Source of the DNA: an uncultured Candidatus Entotheonella sp.
GTDB taxonomy: Bacteria; Tectomicrobia; Entotheonellia; Entotheonellales; Entotheonellaceae
Reading direction: 5' to 3'
DNA: 64,000 nucleotides
Assembly: GCA_965217185.1 (NCBI GenBank)
Contig: OZ244252.1
Coordinates: 1,312,001-1,376,000 of the forward strand
Below the pieces are notes generated by a model. The model was given only the letters and a program-made list of their open reading frames with translations. It did not search any database and was not told the DNA's origin. Positions 61,706 to 64,000 of this stretch are shown here, piece after piece. The stretch's first letter is position 1; each line of letters opens with the position of its first letter. A program made the translations under genes and the position numbers.

Positions 61706-62533
61706 TCACGGCCCTGCCGGTAGCTCGAAGGTCAGAGACGCCCAATAGCTGCGCCAATCCTCCGGGGCAGCCGCTGCGGCGGGAATCATGTGCACCGCCT
61801 TGACCAGCCACAGGCCGCTGCGGCGCAAGTTGAACTCGGCGCGCCCATCCGCGCCGCTCTGGGCCCGCTGCACTTCGTTCGGGGCACTCTTGTTAAGCGC
61901 CATCACCAGCGCGCCGGCCACCGGTTGGCCCTCATGCAGCAGTTGCACGGTCAGCGGCGCCGGGGCCGTCATGCGATACGGATTCGTTTCGGGTATGAGT
62001 TCCAGGGTCAGGCCGACCGGCTTGTTGTGGTGCGAGTCCTCGGCTGCATTGTCGCCATCAACCCATAAGAGAGACTTGGCGCAGCGCGAGTACGCCTCTT
62101 TGCCGGGTTGGTCACTCGTCCCGGCTTCGTGACGGGCTTCTAATATCGACTCAAGCCCCTCGGCCCGCAGGTACCTGTTGAACCGGTCGGCTGGGAGTTC
62201 GAGATAGGTAGGCATGTTTTCAAAGCTCACCACTTGCAAGCCGCTCTCCATCAGGCGGGCCATGCCGGCCGGGTCGCGCTGCAACGGCAACACCTCGAAC
62301 TGATGGGTGGCGCTATCAATGTGAAAGCGTTTCACCCGCGCGATGGAAAACGTCGCCGGCTCGCCGTTAAAACTCTCGCCGACCCGAAGATAGAACAATA
62401 CCCTGCTTTCCGGCTCGAGCTGAAAATTCGACGGCTCAATCCAGTAGTCGTGCGCCGCCGCGAACGGCACGGAGAACAGCATCAGTACCAGGAACAGCCA
62501 AACGTAGGGCATCCTTGGCCTCTCGGTGGACAT
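61706..62533 (-). CDS. DUF4198-family periplasmic protein (metal uptake-associated)
   Basis: AAAHDYWIEP; GLTLELIPETNPY; WLVKAVHM; YWASLTF. Confidence 0.8.
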   Translation of the reverse strand: MSTERPRMPYVWLFLVLMLFSVPFAAAHDYWIEPSNFQLEPESRVLFYLRVGESFNGEPATFSIARVKRFHIDSATHQFEVLPLQRDPAGMARLMESGLQVVSFENMPTYLELPADRFNRYLRAEGLESILEARHEAGTSDQPGKEAYSRCAKSLLWVDGDNAAEDSHHNKPVGLTLELIPETNPYRMTAPAPLTVQLLHEGQPVAGALVMALNKSAPNEVQRAQSGADGRAEFNLRRSGLWLVKAVHMIPAAAAAPEDWRSYWASLTFELPAGP

Positions 62534-62666
62534 TTTATCCTGCCTTCCTTGTTGTCGGGAGCGGACGAAACCCCTGAGCGTACGATGGCAACGGTTGCAG
62601 CGTTAAGGTACTTGCGACAACCGCCCTTCGTCAATGAGAGACCCGGCGGCGAACCACCGCCGTACG

Positions 62667-63563
62667 CTATTGAAACGCTTGCTGGAAACGTGCCACATTC
62701 TGCTGCATGACGCTCAGGAAATCGCCTTGCTGCGGCGTATTCCCACACGGATCGAAGACCAGGCTCTTGACTCCGAGCGCCTGCAGTTTGTCTGCGGAGG
62801 TCGGCAAGGGGTCACCTTCCCATAACATCCAGGCGGCCGCATGCCCTTGCAGAATGGACTGCAACCTCTGCCACTCCTCGTCATCCGGCATCACCTCGGG
62901 CTCCCACAAGACGCTTTGAAGGTTCAAGCCGTAGCGCTTGGCCAGGTACTGATAGACCGGGTGGGAGGCAAGCAAGGGTTGCGTGCGCTGCCGGGCCGCA
63001 ATCGTGTCGAGGCGCTCATCCAGAGCCAGCAGGTCTTGTTCGAGTTCGGCGTAACGCCGCTCAAAGGTGTCTTTATGCTCCGGGAGCAAGCGACTCAACC
63101 CCTCCGTGACCGCCTCGGCCTGCCGTGCGGCTTGGCGAAAGTCGAGCCAGGTGGTAAACGCCGTGCCGGCGTGCGAGTGCTCCCCGGTCGGACCGTGGCT
63201 GTGCGTACCCGTGTCTTGAATCTCGATATAGTCCGCTTTGAAACGCCTGGACGTATCGATCATTTTCGACTTCGGTAACGAGGCGGTTTTCAACCACTTG
63301 GCATAGGCGGCGCCGTTGATGAGGATCAAATCCGCCGCTTGAAACGCCGCAATCGTTTCCACATCCGGTTTCCAGAAGGCCGGATCCTCGTCAGTTGGAG
63401 CCGGGAACACCACGTGCACCTGTTCGGCCCCGATCCGCTCGGCAAAATACTGCAGCGGATAATTCACGACGTACACCGTCGGCTGGGCCCGGCTCTCCGT
63501 CCACGCCATCAAGCAGAGGCTGATTCCTAACCATGCGAGCATCCCTGAACGCATCAGAGACAT
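62667..63563 (-). CDS. ZnuA-like metal ABC substrate-binding protein
   Basis: NYPLQYFAERIG; ADLILINGA; HSHGPTGEHSH; SHPVYQYLAKRYGL. Confidence 0.85.
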   Translation of the reverse strand: MSLMRSGMLAWLGISLCLMAWTESRAQPTVYVVNYPLQYFAERIGAEQVHVVFPAPTDEDPAFWKPDVETIAAFQAADLILINGAAYAKWLKTASLPKSKMIDTSRRFKADYIEIQDTGTHSHGPTGEHSHAGTAFTTWLDFRQAARQAEAVTEGLSRLLPEHKDTFERRYAELEQDLLALDERLDTIAARQRTQPLLASHPVYQYLAKRYGLNLQSVLWEPEVMPDDEEWQRLQSILQGHAAAWMLWEGDPLPTSADKLQALGVKSLVFDPCGNTPQQGDFLSVMQQNVARFQQAFQ

Positions 63564-63782
63564 CCTGAACCTCCATTGGCTTCGTTGTTGTGCGATTTCA
63601 GAACGCAGATTGGCGAACAGCCGAAACTGCCTCAAACTCCTGCCGCCAAAATTCAAGGCTGGGGAACGCTGCCCTGCCGCCCGTCGCCTTGACCCACCCC
63701 GGTCGCTTCCATAGAATGCGCCGACCTGATCCCTGCACCCAAATCTCCCCGGCCCCCGAACAACCCAATGGAAAGGTCCCAA

Positions 63783-64000
63783 ATGGCAGCAGCACCCTTG
63801 CATTGGCAGACGATCCGTCAGTTATCGGAACAAATTCACAGCGGTCAATTATCGCCCGTCGAGTTGATGGAACATCTTCTCGACCGCGTCGAGGCGCTGG
63901 ATGACCGCCTGCACGCTTTCCGTCTGGTGCCGCGCGAACGCGCCGTGGCGGGCGCTCAGGCCGCCGAACTGGCGCTGCGGGCCGGGCGAGACACCGGACC
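63783..64000 (+). CDS. Amidase signature family protein (3' partial)
   Basis: MAAAPLHWQTIRQLSEQIHSGQLSPVELMEHLLDRVEALDDRLHAF, a typical amidase N-terminus. Confidence 0.75.
   Translation, partial: MAAAPLHWQTIRQLSEQIHSGQLSPVELMEHLLDRVEALDDRLHAFRLVPRERAVAGAQAAELALRAGRDTG

Noticed and set aside
63564..63782. Cobalamin or NiCo riboswitch upstream of the metal operon (also looked for upstream of 44791)
   Set aside because: I could not recognise the conserved motifs by eye; an Rfam scan would be needed.
1..64000. tRNA-Sec, other tRNA/rRNA genes, integrase or transposase
   Set aside because: None were recognised in this window; the Sec machinery must lie elsewhere if the selenoprotein call is right.

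Overview
High-GC bacterial chromosomal window with four blocks. (1) A lanthanide/PQQ alcohol-oxidation region at 1-4171 and 19351-31585: PQQ-associated ABC genes, a beta-propeller, a cytochrome c-SBP fusion, a Rieske protein, xoxF-xoxJ-xoxG and pqqBCDE. It ends in two probable exported selenoproteins whose in-frame UGA sits at the catalytic Cys position. It is interrupted by a ~14 kb frameshifted Calx-beta autotransporter adhesin gene. (2) Housekeeping and catabolic genes plus a modular corrinoid methyl-transfer cluster (homocysteine methyltransferase, MtaA/CmuA-type methyltransferase, corrinoid protein, RACo activator, uncharacterised Cys/His proteins), followed by an ABC-type ATPase + PIN gene pair. 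(3) A decaying accessory island at ~45-58 kb: a fused restriction-modification enzyme, vapBC with a broken toxin, a PPC/cadherin repeat protein, a T1SS pseudogene, higBA, a group II intron 5' fragment and two MITE-like elements. (4) A metal-binding ABC operon and the start of an amidase. The gene mix resembles marine sponge-associated bacteria such as Tectomicrobia, but this is low-confidence inference only. All family calls come from motif recognition by eye; no database searches were run.
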